Source: a virus
Lineage: Duplodnaviria > Caudoviricetes
Direction: 5' to 3' (one strand)
Virus record (IMG/VR): IMGVR_UViG_3300037424_001819
Location: 1-36,344 of that record
Length of the DNA stretch: 36,344 nucleotides
Part shown: piece by piece, positions 34,749-36,344 of the stretch
Layout of the letters: every line of letters starts with the position of its first letter
How positions within the stretch are numbered: position 1 is the first letter of the stretch
Notes under the pieces: generated by a model
Database searches by the model: none
Seen by the model: only the letters and a program-made list of their open reading frames with translations
Told to the model about the DNA's origin: nothing
Program-made: the position numbers and the translations under genes

Positions 34749-34955
34749 ATGGCCTTTGACGATACCAAATGCCCGTGCGGCGACAAGAAACCGGCCGGAA
34801 CGATGTTGTGCGAGCCGTGCGAGGCGTATCTGAGCGACCGGCGCGAGATCAGGGAGTATTTGGACACATCCCTCAACGTGGAGCTGCGGCAACACGCGGC
34901 GGTTACGCTGCTGACGCTGGCCAGAGGTCGCAAGCTTGCAAGGAGAGGGGTCTGA
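34749..34955 (+). CDS. Small zinc-finger protein
   Basis: CPCG...CEPC. Confidence 0.55.
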   Translation: MAFDDTKCPCGDKKPAGTMLCEPCEAYLSDRREIREYLDTSLNVELRQHAAVTLLTLARGRKLARRGV

Positions 34956-34957
34956 GT

Positions 34958-35116
34958 ATGGCGTGGAAGAAGGCGGCAAATCCCCGGCAGGTGGTCGTCT
35001 CGGCCCGGCTGACCCGGGAAGAGAAGCGGGCGCTGGACGCCTACGCAAAGAAACGGGGAGTGGCTCTCTCGGAGATCGTCCGCGAGCGGCTGCTCGGCAC
35101 GATGGTGGGGGCGTGA
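34958..35116 (+). CDS. Ribbon-helix-helix (CopG-like) protein
   Basis: VVSARLTREEKRALDAYAKKRGVALSEIVRE. Confidence 0.7.
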   Translation: MAWKKAANPRQVVVSARLTREEKRALDAYAKKRGVALSEIVRERLLGTMVGA

Positions 35117-35382
35117 TGGAATTAACGGTTTTCACCTGGTTGCTGGTTGCGGCCGCCCTTATCGGCACGTGGCTGAACGTTAAACAAGACCGGCGCTGCT
35201 TCTATATCTGGGCGGTGACGAACGCGGGCCTCTGCGGGGTCAACGCCATCTCCGGACAATGGGCGCAGGCTCTTCTCTTCGCGGTCTATTTCGCCCTCGC
35301 CCTGGTGGGCGTGCGCCAGTGGCAGAGGCGGCAGCAGGCAGGGGTGCGGGTGGTGATCAGGAAGGACGGCCGTAAGGTTTAA
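35116..35382 (+). CDS. Half-size PnuC-like membrane protein
   Basis: LIGTWLN...FYIWAVTN...GVRQW; three TM helices. Confidence 0.6.
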   Translation: MELTVFTWLLVAAALIGTWLNVKQDRRCFYIWAVTNAGLCGVNAISGQWAQALLFAVYFALALVGVRQWQRRQQAGVRVVIRKDGRKV

Positions 35383-35442
35383 CCAGCCGAGGGGATCGAG
35401 GCGAGACTCGCGGCATCGAGGCAGAGAAAGAATGGAGGCATT

Positions 35443-35703
35443 ATGAAGAACGGGACGAAAAACAAGCTGCTGGATCTGAACAATCACCTTTTTGCCCAGC
35501 TGGAGCGGCTCGGCGAGGAGGACACGACGGGCGAGAAGCTCCAGGAGGAGATCGAGAGATCCCGGGCGGTCGGCGGGATCGCCCGCAACATCATCGACAA
35601 TGCCCGGCTGGCCCTCGATGCGCAGAAGGCCCTGGGCGATACCGTGCGCACCCTGCCGTTGATGATCGCCGAGCTAAAGGGCCGGAGCGGCGAAGCCGCG
35701 TAG
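35443..35703 (+). CDS. Phage hypothetical protein; C-terminus runs into attC-like site 3
   Basis: KNKLLDLNNHLFAQLERL...EIERSRAV; GGAGG RBS. Confidence 0.75.
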   Translation: MKNGTKNKLLDLNNHLFAQLERLGEEDTTGEKLQEEIERSRAVGGIARNIIDNARLALDAQKALGDTVRTLPLMIAELKGRSGEAA

Positions 35704-35728
35704 GTCCGCTTTGAGCGTTGTGTTCTGC
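35661..35728 (-). other. attC-type recombination site 3 (R' core is GAT)
   Basis: Minus strand: R'' GCAGAAC, 5 nt, L'' GCTCAAAG, hairpin, L' CTTTAGC, 5 nt, R' GATCATC. Confidence 0.75.
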
Positions 35729-35758
35729 GGCAAGTGGTAACTACGGGAGAAACGAACG

Positions 35759-36169
35759 ATGAAAGCATTGACGATTTGCCAGCCATACGCGGCCCTGATT
35801 GTGCGCGGCGACAAGCTGGTTGAGAACCGCGAGTGGCCGACGAATTACCGGGGGCGGCTGTTGATACACGCTGGCAAAAGCCGCCAATGGCTCGACGACG
35901 AAGACGAGCAGGAGTTTGCGGATCGCGGCGACCCGCTGGTGTTCGGTGCCGTGGTCGGAGAGGCTCGGCTGGCCGACGTGCTGCATATCGACCGCATTCG
36001 GCGCGGCGAGTACGACGCGAAGTATCCGTGGTTGAAGGACCATGCGCACACGAACGGCACGTGGTGCTGGGTGCTGGCCGACGTGCAGCGCTACGCGGCT
36101 CCGCTGACGTGGAAGGGTGCCCAAGGGCTGTGGGAGTTCCCCGACGCGGACTTGCCGCAGAACGACTGA
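35759..36169 (+). CDS. Cassette-borne ASCH domain protein
   Basis: MKALTICQPYAALIVRGDKLVENREW.TNYRGRLLIHAGK...KGAQGLW. Confidence 0.92.
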   Translation: MKALTICQPYAALIVRGDKLVENREWPTNYRGRLLIHAGKSRQWLDDEDEQEFADRGDPLVFGAVVGEARLADVLHIDRIRRGEYDAKYPWLKDHAHTNGTWCWVLADVQRYAAPLTWKGAQGLWEFPDADLPQND

Positions 36170-36220
36170 GGTCAAGGGCTCGGCGCTTTTGCCGAGTCCG
36201 CTTGCAGCGCCGGGTTCTGG
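36157..36220 (-). other. attC-type recombination site 4
   Basis: Minus strand: R'' CCAGAAC, 5 nt, L'' GCTGCAAG, hairpin, L' CTTGACC, 6 nt, R' GTTCTGC. Confidence 0.8.
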
Positions 36221-36236
36221 CGCGGGAGGTAGACAA

Positions 36237-36344
36237 GTGAAAATTGAGATCGAATTCGACAGCACCTACAAGGCGAAAGTGACGATTGATGGCCGTGAAA
36301 TGACCTATGGATACAAGAACGGCGGGTTTTCCTACTTCGAGGGA
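36237..36344 (+). CDS. 5' part of next cassette ORF (partial)
   Basis: GGAGGT RBS + GTG; MKIEIEFDSTYKAKVTIDG open to window end. Confidence 0.6.
   Translation, partial: MKIEIEFDSTYKAKVTIDGREMTYGYKNGGFSYFEG

Larger units (their letters stand above)
27260..36344. mobile_element. Serine-integrase prophage, integration/immunity/early region (runs off window)
   Basis: Integrase abutting broken tRNA, divergent repressor/Cro, run of small early genes. Confidence 0.8.

Overview
GC-rich prophage-dominated window; a deltaproteobacterial (Desulfuromonadales-like) host is an inference. 1-26153 is the late half of a Mu-like transposable phage: Mor/C activator, lysis genes, Mu-type head (terminase, portal, F, G, I/Z, T), a non-contractile tail with a GGGAAAG frameshift and TP901-type tape measure, and a DNA adenine methylase. 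It ends in a Mu-type right end (two GTGCCAAA repeats 22 bp apart, terminal TTACA) that truncates host sfsA. About 1.1 kb of host DNA follows, ending in a tRNA 5' half broken where a serine-integrase element begins (27260-36344: integrase, T5orf172 protein, repressor/Cro switch, early genes, a catalytic-domain-only tyrosine recombinase). The standout signal is four integron attC-type sites (120-189, 745-801, 35661-35728, 36157-36220) in the phage early/middle regions. They have canonical R''-L''-L'-R' geometry on the MINUS strand and delimit single-gene cassettes with perfectly complementary ends, but every cassette ORF is on the PLUS strand, opposite to normal integron cassettes. No intI or attI is visible. 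Both window edges fall inside this array. All family assignments come from motif recognition and synteny, not database searches.
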